A stretch of 64,000 nt of DNA from Longimicrobiales bacterium (GTDB taxonomy: Bacteria > Gemmatimonadota > Gemmatimonadetes > Longimicrobiales > Gaopeijiaceae), in contig CBDDCX010000006.1 in NCBI GenBank assembly GCA_965226375.1, forward strand, positions 416,001 to 480,000, in the 5' to 3' direction. Made by a program: the position numbers and the translations under genes. Of the stretch, positions 1 through 10,663 are shown piece by piece (position 1 is the stretch's first letter; each line of letters begins with the position of its first letter). The notes below the pieces were generated by a model. That model was not told where the DNA came from. It saw only the letters and a program-made list of their open reading frames with translations, and did not search any database.

Positions 1-1665
1 ACGAGCGGCACGACCCATACGTTCCAGGTTCGTGCGGAAAACGCTCAAGGCGGAAGCGCGCCGGTGACCGTGACCGCGACACCACTATCACAGCCGTCCT
101 GCACCATCGACGAGTTAGGCGACCGGCGCCTGCTCTGGCAGGGCCAACTGACAGCAGGGGTACGCGCCATTTCTACCGATGGAACTATAGAGACAGGGTA
201 TGGGACTGGAGGGGAAGAGACTGGAACCCTGACACTTGCTGCGTTCACCTTCCGTTCAACCACGTATTCCATCGCCACGTGGACAACCGACGATCTTCTC
301 ACCATTGCCCTACGTCGACCCAGACTTTGATCTCTGGTCCCCACGAGAAGAGGTGGTCGACGCATTGAGGTTGCATGTCTGCAACACGCCCTACGACTTC
401 AGCAGTGCACTAGAGCAAGACGTGTTTTCAGAAGCTAGTGGCTATAAGTGGAACGTTGGCTCCATCTGGCCGCCCGGCATCGAGCGCACGCTGCGGCTGA
501 GCTTGCCGCCGAACCATCCGGCGACGGGTGACCCGGTCATTTCCGGCACGGTCCAGGTGGGTGAAGAGCTGACGGCATTGACGGACGGCATCATGGATGA
601 CGACGTCCTGGACGACGTGTTCACCTACCAGTGGGTGCGGGTGGACGCCGACGGCACGTCGAACGAGGAGGACATCACCGACGCGACCGACGCCACCTAC
701 ACCCTGACCGCCGACGAGCGGGGCAAGAAGGTCAAGGTCGAGGTGCGCTTCACCGACATCCTGGGCGGCGAGGAGACACGCACCAGCGCGCCGACGGCGA
801 CGCTACCGGGAGTGCCGAACACCGCTGCGACGGGCGCGCCGACCATCACGGGCACGGCGCAGGTGGGCCAGACGCTGACGGCGGTCGACCACGGGCATCA
901 TGGATGCCGACGGGCTGACCAGCCCCAATTACACGTACCAGTGGATCCGGGTGGACGGCACGGACGAGGCGGACATTGCGGCCGCGAATTCGAGCACCTA
1001 CATCCTGGTCGACGCCGACCTGGGCACGACCCTCAAGGTGCGGGTGACCTTCGACGACGACCTCGGCCATACCGAGACGCTCACCAGCGCGGCGACGGCG
1101 ACGGTGGGCGCGGTAGCGACCGGCCCCCCGACGGTGAACGATGTGGAGGTCACGTCAACGCCGGCCTCGGGCACCACCTACTACCTCGCGGGCGAGGTCA
1201 TCGAATTCACCGTGACGTTCAGCGCCCCGGTGACGGTGACCGCCACACCGAAGTTCGCGTTCAGGCTGGGCGCGGCGACGCGGCAGGCCGCTTACGCGAG
1301 CGGCTCGGGCGCGGCGTTGGTGTTCGCCCGGACGGTGCAGGCAGGCGAGGTCGATCGCAACGGCATCTCGTGGAATTCGCGCTCGCCCTCGACGGCGGGA
1401 CCATCACGCAGACGGGCGCGACGACGGCCGCGAGCCTGACCCACGCCGAGCAGGCGCCGCTGGAGGGGCACCGGGTGGACGCCGCCCCGCCGATGCAGGT
1501 CTCGGCGTCGGTGCATGGGCTGTCGCTGGTGCTGGTCTACGACGAGCCGCTCGATCCGGCCTCGATGCCGGCGACGGGCGCGTATACGGTGATCGCGACC
1601 CGAACGGCCGACGCGCCGACGACGGCCCGCGCCTCGGCGGAGGTGACGGGGAGGCAGCGAGAGTG

Positions 1666-1710
1666 CCGCCACCGCCGCCGCCGCCGCCGCCACCTCCACC
1701 GCCGCCGCCG
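1666..1710 (+). repeat. (CCN)15 tract encoding 15 prolines
   Basis: Directly visible ccg/cca/cct run in frame with the following FN3 repeat. Confidence 0.95.
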
Positions 1711-3811
1711 GACCTTGAGCAGGTGCTGGGGGTGGGGGTCGTCCCGGGCAGCGCGCAGCTGGTGGTGACCTGGACGGCGGTGGACAACGCCACGGGCTAC
1801 ACGGTGCAGTGGATGTCGGGCGGACAGGGCTACAACACCGGCGACCGGCAGGCCACGGTCACGCCCTCGGGGTCGACCACGCGCTACACGATTCCCAGCC
1901 TCACCAACGGCACGGAATACACGGTGCGGGTGATCGCGACCCGGACGGGCGCCACCGACGGCCCGCCGTCGGCGGAGGTGACGGGGACGCCCTTCACCAC
2001 GCCCGGCGCGCCGCAGCACCTGAGTGGGGTGCCGGGCGACGAGCAGGTGATGCTGACCTGGGATGCCCCGTCGAGCGACGGCGGTTCCGCGATCCTCCGG
2101 TACGAGTATGCGATCGACGACAGCGGGACTTGGATCGACGCGGGCCTCGATCTGGAGGAAACGGTGCCGGGCCTGACGAACGGCCAGCAGTACGCGTTCG
2201 AGGTGCGGGCGGTGAACAGCGCCGGCCCCGGTGCGCCGGCGAGGACGGCGGCCACGCCGCTCGGCATGCCGAGTGTGCCCGAGTCGCTCACGGCCACTGG
2301 GGGCGACGGCGAGGTCGTCCTGGAGTGGACCGAGCCCGCGGACGATGGCGGCGCGCCCGTCACCGGCTACGAGTACCGCTTTGCGGCGGGCACCGCGGTA
2401 CCTGGGGACACGCCGTGGCAATCCGCCGGGCTGGACCTCGAGTGGACGGTCACCGGACTGACCAATGGCCAGCAGTACGCCTTCGAGGTGCGGGCGCGCA
2501 ACCGCGTGGGCGAAGGCGAAGCGCGGGGAGCCCTGGCCACGCCGGTGGCGCGGCCGGGCGCGCTCGCGTCGCTGACGGCGACGGCGGGCGACGAAGAGGT
2601 GGCGCTCGTCTGGAGTGCGCCCGCGGACGATGGCGGCTCGCCTGTGACGGGCTACGGGTACCGCTACGCCGCAGGCCAGGCTGTGCCGGAAGACGTCACA
2701 CTGGCGGGACGCGGGCACCGAGCTCACGGCGACGGTCTCGGGGCTGGAGAACGAGACGCGCTACACGTTCGAGGTGCGGGCGCGGAACCGTGTGGGCCCC
2801 GGGGAGACATCGGGGACGACGGCCCTGCCGCTTCGGTTGCGGGCGGAGCTGTTCAGCACGGCTGTGCTCGCGACGGAAGGCGAGGCGCTCGTGGTTGGGG
2901 TGCGCCGGAGCGGGAGGCTCGCGTTTCCGGCCCACGCCTACATCGGCGTGACGGACAGCGCGTTGCCTGGCGTGACGGCAACGGACGAGGGGCGCGACGA
3001 CGGGCTCGGCCGCCAGCGTCTGGAGTTCGCGGCTGGCGCAGCCGAGGCGACCGTGACGGTCACGGTGGCCTTCGACGGCGAGCGTCGGCAGGACCGGGTG
3101 CTCACGGCGACGCTCGATTCCGCGGAACTGGAGGTCGACGGCGTAAGGCGGCCCTATGAACTCGTCACGCCGACACTGGTTGTTCCGGTGACGGAGGGGG
3201 ACGCCGGGCTGTCGGTGGCCGATGCCCGGGTGCAGGGCAAGAGCTCGGTGCTGGCGTTCACGGTGAGCATGGACCGCACGCGGGACGTTGCGGTGCGGGT
3301 GGACTACGCCACGGAGGACGGCGCGGCGCGGGCGGGAGAGGACTACACACCGGTCTCGGGCACGTTGACGATCGAGGCCGGCGGGCGGGAGCGCACGGTG
3401 GAGGTGCCGGTGCTGCCGGCGCTGCACGTGACGGGCGAACGGACGCTCACCCTGAGGCTGTCGAATGCCGTGAGCGCGGTGATCGACGACGGGGTGGCGA
3501 CGGGCACGATCGTTCGCGAATCGGAGCTGCCCAAGGCGTGGCTGGCGCGGTTCGGGCGGACGGCGTCGGACCACGCGGCGCAGGCGATCGCGAGGCGCCT
3601 CGAGGCCGGGCAGCGGGAGACACAGGTGACGGTGGCGGGCCGGCGTGTGGACGGCCTGTCGGTGGACGGCCTGCTGTCGGGGGTGCTGCCGTCGGGCGGA
3701 TGGAGGCCGGCTTCGGCTGTTGAGGACATGGCGACCAGGCTGGCGGCGCCCGCTCTGGCGGCTTCGCCGCGCGCCGTTCGGCGGCGTGGACGCGGATCCC
3801 GGCACCCCTGG

Positions 3812-4023
3812 CCAGTGGGGCTCGGGGAACGCGTAGAACTGGGTGGCGAGCCGTGAAGCCCCGCTCAAGCACGTGGACTGCCTCGGGGAGCTCCTTGAGC
3901 CCGCGCGACGTGATCTCGGCCAGGCGCTTCTTCGACTCTGTGAGCCCGGGGGCTACGGAAGTACGGCGGCTACCTCGCGCGCCACACGCTTGCGCAGGCG
4001 ATGCGTGACCTTGGCCAGCACGT
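3812..4023 (-). mobile_element. Internal fragment of IS256-family transposase DNA embedded in the adhesin gene
   Basis: Closely matches 15559-15768 by eye; has no terminal repeats or target duplication. Confidence 0.75.
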
Positions 4024-4449
4024 CACCTGGCAGGTGCGTGCCGGCACGTGGGGTGGGGCTCCGGGCGCGTTGGACCGGGAGCCTTTCGCAGATGCCGGGC
4101 AGACGCTGCGCCGTGCCGTTCTACCCGACTTCGGGTTCCGGCTGCCGGGCGCGGAGGAAGCGCTCATGGGCACCTCGTTCTACGTCGAGCGCGGAGCGCA
4201 GCAGGACGTGGGCGGCGGCACGTGGGCGGCGTGGGGCGACGTGGCGGCGACGCGCTTCGAGGGGGACGCGGGAGGACTCGCGCTCAACGGCGACGTGGTG
4301 ACGGGCACGGCGGGGCTGGACCGGAAGTGGAGGGCGTTGCTCGTCGGGCTCGCGCTCTCGAGAAGCAGCGGTGAGGGAGGGTATGGCACGGGCGCGGGGA
4401 CGATCGCGAGCACGCTCACGAGTGTGCATCCGTACATGCAAGTCCGGTT

Positions 4450-4850
4450 CTATGAAAGAGAGTGTCAAGGCCGGGCTCCGCCCCGGCTGTCTGCGAAGCC
4501 GTGTTGGGCTTGGCACTCAGCCTCCGCTTGGCTGGAATGACCGGATCGTCAGGGAGTGGTGTGCTGGATGAGTCAGTCTTCGTGTCGGCCACGATGATCC
4601 TCACTTGGATGGTCGATCCGTCTGGACTTGATTGAGTGGACCTAGGTCGTACGACGCGAACCATGGTTCTATCTGAGACTCAGCCTCGGGGCCGGCCTGA
4701 CACTTCTTCGGGTTCTGCGGAAGGGCCTGGAGTTAGGATCGTGCCTCGGCATGACTGCGAGCCGGGCGTACGGATTTGCTTGAGACTGCCTCCCGCACCG
4801 TCGTCCAGGGATTCGACGTTCCAAGGGATCGAAGGTCATGCGCTGCACCC
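4450..4850 (-). ncRNA. Candidate bridge RNA/seekRNA in the 3' non-coding end of the IS1111-type element
   Basis: ~400-nt stretch downstream of the transposase with no convincing gene, where IS1111-type elements carry their guide RNA. Contains short matches to the element's own junctions. Boundaries unknown. Confidence 0.65.
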
Positions 4851-5942
4851 CTACACCCTAGGACGATGAACCCCCCTCAATGTTTGGGGTCGACTCAGCT
4901 GCGTCGGATCAAAGACTTCTCCGGTTTTGAGTAGACGAAGGGTGAGCGCTGCGAGCTTGCGAGCCAGCGTCACACGGGCGAGCTCCTCGCGCATCCCGCG
5001 CTCGAGCATTCGGTTATAGAAGTCCAGGAATGGGCCCGGACGTCCAATGGCTACGTTGGCGGCGCCCTTGAAGACATTCTTGAGGACTCGATTGTGGTTG
5101 CGGTTCAACCCTCGAGTGAGCGGAGGGCGCCGCCGCCGGCGAGGACGCCCATCGAACAACTCGTAGTCGGAGCTCGAGCGCGTGACCACGGCGAGTCCGG
5201 CATAGGCCCACAGGTTGCGCTTCGTGCGGAAGCGCCACGGCGTACCCATGGTTGCTAGCAACAGTGCGATACGCACGGGCCCAAAGTAGGGGATCGTCTC
5301 GAGCACCCCGAAGGCCGGATCACGCTTCGCCTCGGCGACCATGGCCGCCTTGGTCTTCTTGCGCTGAGCCCGAAGCACATCGAGCTGAGCGTACAGGGTC
5401 TCGGCTCGTAGACGAGCTCCTCCCTCCGGTAGCTGCGCGAGCCAGGCGCCGCGCTGCTTCGGCTGGTAGACTCCGCCGCCCGTGGTTCGGATCGCCCGCG
5501 CACGGAAGAGTGCCTTGAGCCGCAGCATCACGCGCGTGCCGTCTTCGACGAGGTTGCGATAGGCTCGAGTCAGCTCCTTGAGATCAGATCGGCCGTGTGC
5601 GCCGTGGTATACCGCGCGCAGCCCGCCACACCGCAACCGCTCCGACAGCTCGTCGGCATCGACCTGGTCCCCCTTGTTGCCCGAACGCTTTTCGCCTCTG
5701 CGATCGCATACGATCACCCGATCCACACGAGGACTCAGTAGGTCGTAGAGCCACTGCGCCTGGGTTCCCTCTTCGAACACTACGTGCACCGACCCGCGCA
5801 TCGCGCTGAAGAACTCCGTGATCGATGCGTCCCCCGTCTCGATCACGCTGCGCGCGATCACTCGTCCCCCTTGGCCCCGAACCGTCGCCACCGTCATTGC
5901 CTGGTGCACGTCGAGTCCCACATACTTGGTGTTCCGCTTCAT
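4851..5942 (-). CDS. IS110-family DEDD transposase/recombinase
   Basis: YVGLDVH, FEEG and KGDQVDA give the DEDD tetrad; C-terminal AYAGLAVVTRSSS serine motif; uninterrupted ORF. Confidence 0.95.
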   Translation of the reverse strand: MKRNTKYVGLDVHQAMTVATVRGQGGRVIARSVIETGDASITEFFSAMRGSVHVVFEEGTQAQWLYDLLSPRVDRVIVCDRRGEKRSGNKGDQVDADELSERLRCGGLRAVYHGAHGRSDLKELTRAYRNLVEDGTRVMLRLKALFRARAIRTTGGGVYQPKQRGAWLAQLPEGGARLRAETLYAQLDVLRAQRKKTKAAMVAEAKRDPAFGVLETIPYFGPVRIALLLATMGTPWRFRTKRNLWAYAGLAVVTRSSSDYELFDGRPRRRRRPPLTRGLNRNHNRVLKNVFKGAANVAIGRPGPFLDFYNRMLERGMREELARVTLARKLAALTLRLLKTGEVFDPTQLSRPQTLRGVHRPRV

Positions 5943-6018
5943 GAGAGCCGCCCTCTGCTGTGGTCCATGGTCGTTTCGCAACTCCACGGTACCCACAGGG
6001 GGCGTGCTTTCAAGTTGT

Positions 6019-6847
6019 GTTTGGGGAGCGCGCGCAGGTGTGGGGCGCGGCGGGCTGGGGCCGTGGCGGACTCGAGATCACGCCGCAGAGCGGGGCCGCG
6101 CTCGAGGCGGACCTGAGGAACTCGATGGCGGCGGCGGGTGCCCGGGCGGTGCTCATGGGTGCCGGTGGGCTCGAGATCGCGCTGCGTTCCGACTTCCTAT
6201 GGACGGAGACGTCCTCGGACGGGACCGCCGCGCTGGCGGAGGCGGTGGGCACGGCGAGCCGCGGGCGGCTGATGCTCGAGGGCGCGGGCCAGATCCAAGG
6301 GCTCGGAGGCGTCGTGCGTCCCAAGGTCGAGGGCGGCGTGCGCTACGACCGGGGGGACGCGGAGACCGGACGGGGATTCGAGGTGGGCGGCGGACTCGAC
6401 TGGGCTCGGGGATCGCTGACGCTCCAAGTCAACGGGCGGATGCTCGTCGCCCACGCTGACGAGTCCTACGAGGAGTGGGGCTACAGCGGCTCGCTCGTCT
6501 ACGAGCCGGGCGCCGATGGCCTGGGTCTCCAGATGCGGGTCGGATCGAGCGCCGGGGCGGCGGCGAGCGGCATCCGGAACCTGTGGGCGCTGGAGAACGC
6601 GAGCGGCCTCGTGCGCGGGGGCGCCGTGCCCTTCGCGCAACGCTTCGACGCAGAGGTCGGCTACGGGCTCGGGAGCGGAACGCTCTGGTATCCCTACTTC
6701 GTCGCCGACGATTCCGGCCAAACGAGGCTCGGCCTGAAGCTCAACTCGGGCCGGACGATCGGCGTCGGCCTCGAGTTCGGGCGAAGGGAGAGTGTGGACC
6801 TTGGGCCGGAGGACGCGATGCTCCTCCGGGGGGAGCTCAGGTTCTAG
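6019..6847 (+). pseudogene. C-terminal beta-barrel part of the autotransporter-like adhesin
   Basis: VRYDRGDAETGRGFEVGGG motif, amphipathic strands, terminal LRGELRF; in frame with the 5' part once the IS is removed. Confidence 0.85.
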
Positions 6848-7471
6848 CGGCCGGCGCTCTCCGAAGTGAACGCGCTCGAGACCCGGGCGGCCGCGCTCGC
6901 AGCCTTCCGGGACGGCGACTCCGGGAACACCGCTCTCGAGGGATGCGTCCGTGCCAGCGTCTGCCGCATGGCGGGGTTCGTGCGCGTGGCCCGCGCCCCG
7001 GCGCTCGTGGCCGGCGGCGGGCTCGCCTTCGCCGAGTCGGCCCTCGACCACGCCGAGCTCAAGATCCCGAATGTCACACTGATGCCCGGGAGAATCCCTA
7101 GACAGCGACATCATCCCGGGCTGCAGTCGCAGCATTCGGTAACCACCGGCGCAACACCGCCATCAGCTTCGCGGACGACGACGTCACCTAGGGCCACCGA
7201 GGTGACGCTCGCGGTCGCGTCCGGAACAGAATCCCGCATCGGTTCGCCTGCTGCCGCGATGGCCGTCCGGCATCTGGAAGGTGGCATCCTCCACTCGCGC
7301 GGTCCGACACTCTCGGTGCGTCAGCTCTGTCCTGGCCGCTCCCCGAGGCTGGCGGTGGCCTACCAGGTCGCGGTGTTCATCGAGGCCTGCAGCCGGGCCA
7401 TGTGGCCCCTGTTCCCTCCCCCGGGGCAACGCGCCCCGGAATTCTTCACCGAACAGAACGGAGGCAGACCG

Positions 7472-7699
7472 ATGACGAGAGCAATGGAACAGGGCATGGA
7501 CGCGCCCGCGCGCGTCCTGCGGTTACCTCGAGTGCAGGCCCGCACGGGGCTTGCGCGGAGCACGATCTATGTGCGGGTGGCCGACGGGAGCTTTCCCCAA
7601 CCGATCCGGCTAGGCGCCCGCGCCGTCGGCTGGATCGAGTCCGAAGTGGATGCGTGGATCCGAGAACAGATCGCCGCGAGCCGCGGCAACGCGAAGTGA
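7472..7699 (+). CDS. AlpA-family transcriptional regulator/excisionase-like protein
   Basis: LRLPRVQARTGLARSTIY...GSFPQPIRLGARAVGWIESEVDAWI; RBS GGAGG at 7460-7464. Confidence 0.92.
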   Translation: MTRAMEQGMDAPARVLRLPRVQARTGLARSTIYVRVADGSFPQPIRLGARAVGWIESEVDAWIREQIAASRGNAK

Positions 7700-7809
7700 T
7701 CTGAAACACTAACCATCTATAATAGTCCGCAATGAGAGAGAACAGGGGCCATCGACAAACTGCCCTCCCGCAAGGTTCGCTCCTTCGCCTCCTCCGGGAA
7801 CCTCCGCTA

Positions 7810-7925
7810 CGGTCCACTAGATTCCCGTTCAGAAAGAGGGGTGTAATGAGGGGACGGTAGTACGGGTATGACTCGTATATATTGTAACAACAATGACTTA
7901 TAAAAAATAAGACACAGCCGACCCA
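7810..7925. other. Putative att-like end of a tyrosine-integrase island
   Basis: Sharp AT-rich patch after alpA, with an IHF-like AACAATGACTTA and GGGTGTA/GGGTA arm-like motifs, ending at the 7-bp breakpoint CGACCCA. No integrase in the window. Confidence 0.45.
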
Positions 7926-8740
7926 GCGCCGGGCGAGGAAAGTGGCGAGTGACGAGGGGGCGCTCCGAGGTGATATCGTGCGACTCGCGAGTCGATTCGG
8001 CCGCTACGGCTACCGACGCGTCACGGACATGCTCCGCATCGAGGGCTGGGGGGTGAAGCACAAGCGGGTGGAGCGGATCTGGAGGCAGGAGGGGCTGAAG
8101 GTGCCGCAGCGGCAGCCGAAGCGAGGTCGGCTGTGGCTCAACGACGGATCGTGCATCCGGCTGAGGCCGCTGTATCGGGGCCACGTCTGGTCGTACGACT
8201 TCGTGGCCTCGAGGACGCACGACGGGCGTGCGCTGAAGCTGCTGACAGTGCTGGACGAGCACACGAGGGAGTGCCTGGCGATCGTGGTGGCTCGCAAGAT
8301 CCGCTCGCACGACGTGCTCGAGGTGCTGGCCGATCTGTTCGTCCGACACGGGCCTCCCGAGTATCTGAGGTCGGACAACGGACCGCGGAGTTCACCGCGA
8401 AGCTCGTGCGGCGATGGTTGGGGCGCGTGGGCGTCGAGATGCTCTTTATCGAGCCGGGCAGCCCGTGGGAGAACGGCTACAACGAGAGCTTCAACGGCAA
8501 GCTCAGGGACGAGCTGTTGAACGGGGAGATCTTCTGCTCGTTGGCGCAGGCGGCCGTGCTGGACGAGCAATGGAGGCGCGAGTACAATACCGTCCGACCC
8601 CACAGCGCCTGCGGCGGCTTTCCCCCGGCCCCTGAGGCGATTAAGCCGTCGCCCTGGTTCCTGAGGATGCCCGTCCTTCACGGCTCTCCACAGGTGCTGG
8701 AACTAACATAGGATGTGGTACCGCTCTTGGGGGCAGGTCA
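7919..8740 (+). mobile_element. 3' half of an IS3-family element (OrfB integrase core, frameshifted) with right inverted repeat
   Basis: RYGYRR, VWSYDF, LRSDNG and PGSPWENGYNESFNGKLRDE motifs; ends ...GGGGGCAGGTCA at 8740. Confidence 0.9.
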
Positions 8741-8741
8741 C

Positions 8742-8861
8742 TGTGAGAGCAGCGTTGATCCAAACATGCCCCAGTCGGAGGTTGAGGAATTCGTCAGGCG
8801 AATTCTTGACAATGGGAGCATAGAAGGTGCTGACTTCATCTGGGAAGCTCTCCAACGGTAG
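8742..8861 (+). pseudogene. Probable C-terminal remnant of a gene truncated by the IS3 end
   Basis: Open frame from the IS end to TAG (CESSVDPNMPQSEVEEFVRRILDNGSIEGADFIWEALQR*), with the same lower-GC composition as the TIR cassette. Confidence 0.35.
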
Positions 8862-9168
8862 TTGACAGGGGGGAGTTCCATCGCCAGGTGCTCAATCGCC
8901 TGCCGGTTAGGCGAGAGGTGTGGAGCTACTGACGTTGTGTGATCTTTGGTGAGCTCCTCGAAGATGCTCTCCGGAAAACACCATGCCGTCGGTAGATGTC
9001 GGTAACGTTCCCTCTGGCTGAGGGTGGTGCCGCCCGGTGGGGGTACTCCTTTATTGCAGGCTCCTGCGGCTGCTCGAGCTTGCTGCGCGACTCGGTCTCT
9101 TGAGGCGGAAGAAGCAACCACTACACGATACGGTCCCTTCGGACGCCAGGGCCGATAAGGAGGTACAC

Positions 9169-9585
9169 ATGCCCATCTTGAAATCCAGAAGCCTCTTCAT
9201 CAGCCATTCCTGGACCTATGGCGACGCCTACAAAAGGCTCGTGGCCTTGCTCGATGCGGCGCCTAGTTTCCTCTACAAGAACTACTCCGTCCCAAAGGAC
9301 GATCCGGTCCACAACGCGCCGAACGCCGACGCCCTGTACAAAGCCATCAAGCAGAAGATGGTCTTCTGCGACGTGGTGCTAATAATGGCCGGGAAGTATG
9401 CAACCTACAGCAAGTGGATTCAGAGGGAGATTCAGATCGCCAATCAGGATTACAGCAAACCGATAGTCGGTATCCGTCCTTGGGCGAATGAGCAGGTATC
9501 ATCGGTCGTCTCAAATGCGGCTGACAAACTTGTCGCCTGGAACACCAGTTCGATCGTTTCAGCAATCCGGGAGTTGGATCCGTGA
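9169..9585 (+). CDS. TIR-domain protein, Thoeris ThsB/MTH538 (DUF1863)-like, copy 1
   Basis: LFISHSW, NYSVP, CDVVLIMAG, SKWIQREI (catalytic Glu) and KPIVGIRPW; strong RBS AAGGAGG at 9157-9163. Confidence 0.9.
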   Translation: MPILKSRSLFISHSWTYGDAYKRLVALLDAAPSFLYKNYSVPKDDPVHNAPNADALYKAIKQKMVFCDVVLIMAGKYATYSKWIQREIQIANQDYSKPIVGIRPWANEQVSSVVSNAADKLVAWNTSSIVSAIRELDP

Positions 9586-10133
9586 CGGAGGCGCTGCATT
9601 CGCCCGAGCAGAAGCTCTCCGGAGCACTCAAGGGCATACCCCCGGACCAATACGGGCCTGCCTATGCGGATCATGTTCTCGAAATCTATAAAAGCTATCT
9701 CGAGATGGCAGACCGCATTAGCAGCCGTCGGGAGAAAGCGAACTCATTCTTCCTCGCCGTAAACGCTGCGTTGATCGCGCTTCTAGCCAATGGCCGGCTC
9801 GTGGGGAGCGACGTCACGCCTCGCACCCTTGAGCTGCTTGTCCCAATATCCGCCGGCATCCTCTGCTATCTCTGGTATCGCATCATCCGGTCGTACCGAG
9901 ATCTCAATTCGGCAAAGTTCAAGGTGATTCACGCAATCGAACTCGAACTGCCGTTACGTCCGTACGATGCGGAATGGGAAAGCGTCGGGCGCGGCAAGAA
10001 CTCGAAGCTGTACCTGCCCTTCACCCATGTCGAAGCTGTCGTGCCATGGTTGTTCATGTCCCTCTACGCAATCCTGGTCGCGTCTCGTATTCCTTGGGCA
10101 GCTATTTGGACAGCCGTACGAGGCATTGGCTAG
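9582..10133 (+). CDS. Three-TM membrane protein, candidate pore-forming effector (resembles proteins annotated 'RipA family octameric membrane protein')
   Basis: Three hydrophobic segments plus MADRISSRREKANSFF and LNSAKFKVIHAIExxLPxxPYxxEW motifs; GTGA overlap with the TIR1 stop. Family name is from recall. Confidence 0.75.
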   Translation: MTEALHSPEQKLSGALKGIPPDQYGPAYADHVLEIYKSYLEMADRISSRREKANSFFLAVNAALIALLANGRLVGSDVTPRTLELLVPISAGILCYLWYRIIRSYRDLNSAKFKVIHAIELELPLRPYDAEWESVGRGKNSKLYLPFTHVEAVVPWLFMSLYAILVASRIPWAAIWTAVRGIG

Positions 10134-10264
10134 CAACTGCACAAGTTCATTGGGCCCATGGATTGCTGTCAGTTGAGAGAGGTGGAGGAAATACACCTGG
10201 CCAGATGCAGTCGAAATAGCTTTGGCCAACCACACCAGTGTTAGGGGGGGGTGACCACGTGGCG

Positions 10265-10645
10265 ATGAAAGCCTTTATCAGTTTCGACTACGATCATGAC
10301 ATGGACCTGAAGACGTTGTTGGTGGGGCAGGCGAAGAACTCGGATACCCCATTCGAAATCGCCGATTACTCGGTCAAGGAGACATTAACGGGCGACTGGA
10401 GGAAGAAGGTCAAAGAGAAGCTCAAGCTCGTTGGTGTCGTCATCGTCATTTGCGGCGAACATACGGACTCAGCCAGCGGCGTCAGCGCAGAACTCGAAAT
10501 TACGCAGGAGCTGGGGAAGGCCTATTTTCTTCTCTCTGGCCGCAGTGGGAAGACCTGCGTCAAACCCAAAGCTGCGAAGACATCTGACAAGATCTACAAA
10601 TGGACGTGGGACAACCTAAAGGCGCTCATCGGCGGCAGCCGGTGA
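10265..10645 (+). CDS. TIR-domain protein, Thoeris ThsB/DUF1863-like, copy 2
   Basis: AFISFDYDHD, DYSVKE, VVIVICGEHT, GVSAEL (catalytic Glu) and YKWTWDNLK. Alternative GTG start at 10259. Confidence 0.9.
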   Translation: MKAFISFDYDHDMDLKTLLVGQAKNSDTPFEIADYSVKETLTGDWRKKVKEKLKLVGVVIVICGEHTDSASGVSAELEITQELGKAYFLLSGRSGKTCVKPKAAKTSDKIYKWTWDNLKALIGGSR

Positions 10646-10663
10646 CGCGCTGCGGGTAGGTCT

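Larger units (their letters stand above)
1..4449 (+). pseudogene. Large surface adhesin/autotransporter-like gene, 5' part (starts before the window): Ig-like repeats, poly-Pro linker, four FN3 repeats, Calx-beta domain, start of the beta-barrel. Frameshifted and IS-interrupted.
   Basis: Overlapping ORFs 64-330, 236-1768, 900-1439, 1663-3159, 2774-3856 and 4001-4540 join into one architecture: ATGxPxIxGTxQVG/YQWxRVD repeats, FN3 (WxAPxxDGGxxxxxYEY...YAFEVRAxN), Calx-beta (VDYATEDGAARAGEDYTPVSGTL), KAWLARFGRT linker, barrel strands. Confidence 0.85.
4450..6018 (-). mobile_element. IS110-family, IS1111-type insertion sequence
   Basis: Sub-terminal inverted repeats TGAAAG (4453-4458) and CTTTCA (6007-6012) sit 3 and 6 nt from the ends. 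GTT core on both sides (4447-4449, 6019-6021). Removing the element restores the host frame QVRF-GERAQ. Confidence 0.9.

Noticed and set aside
6866..7471. N-terminal extension of the 277-aa ORF ending in AlpA
   Set aside because: A good RBS and ATG at 7472 give a typical ~75-aa AlpA; the extension has no recognisable motif.
7800..7930. tRNA or tmRNA 3' end at the att-like site
   Set aside because: No TTCGA T-loop/CCA pattern is recognisable on either strand.
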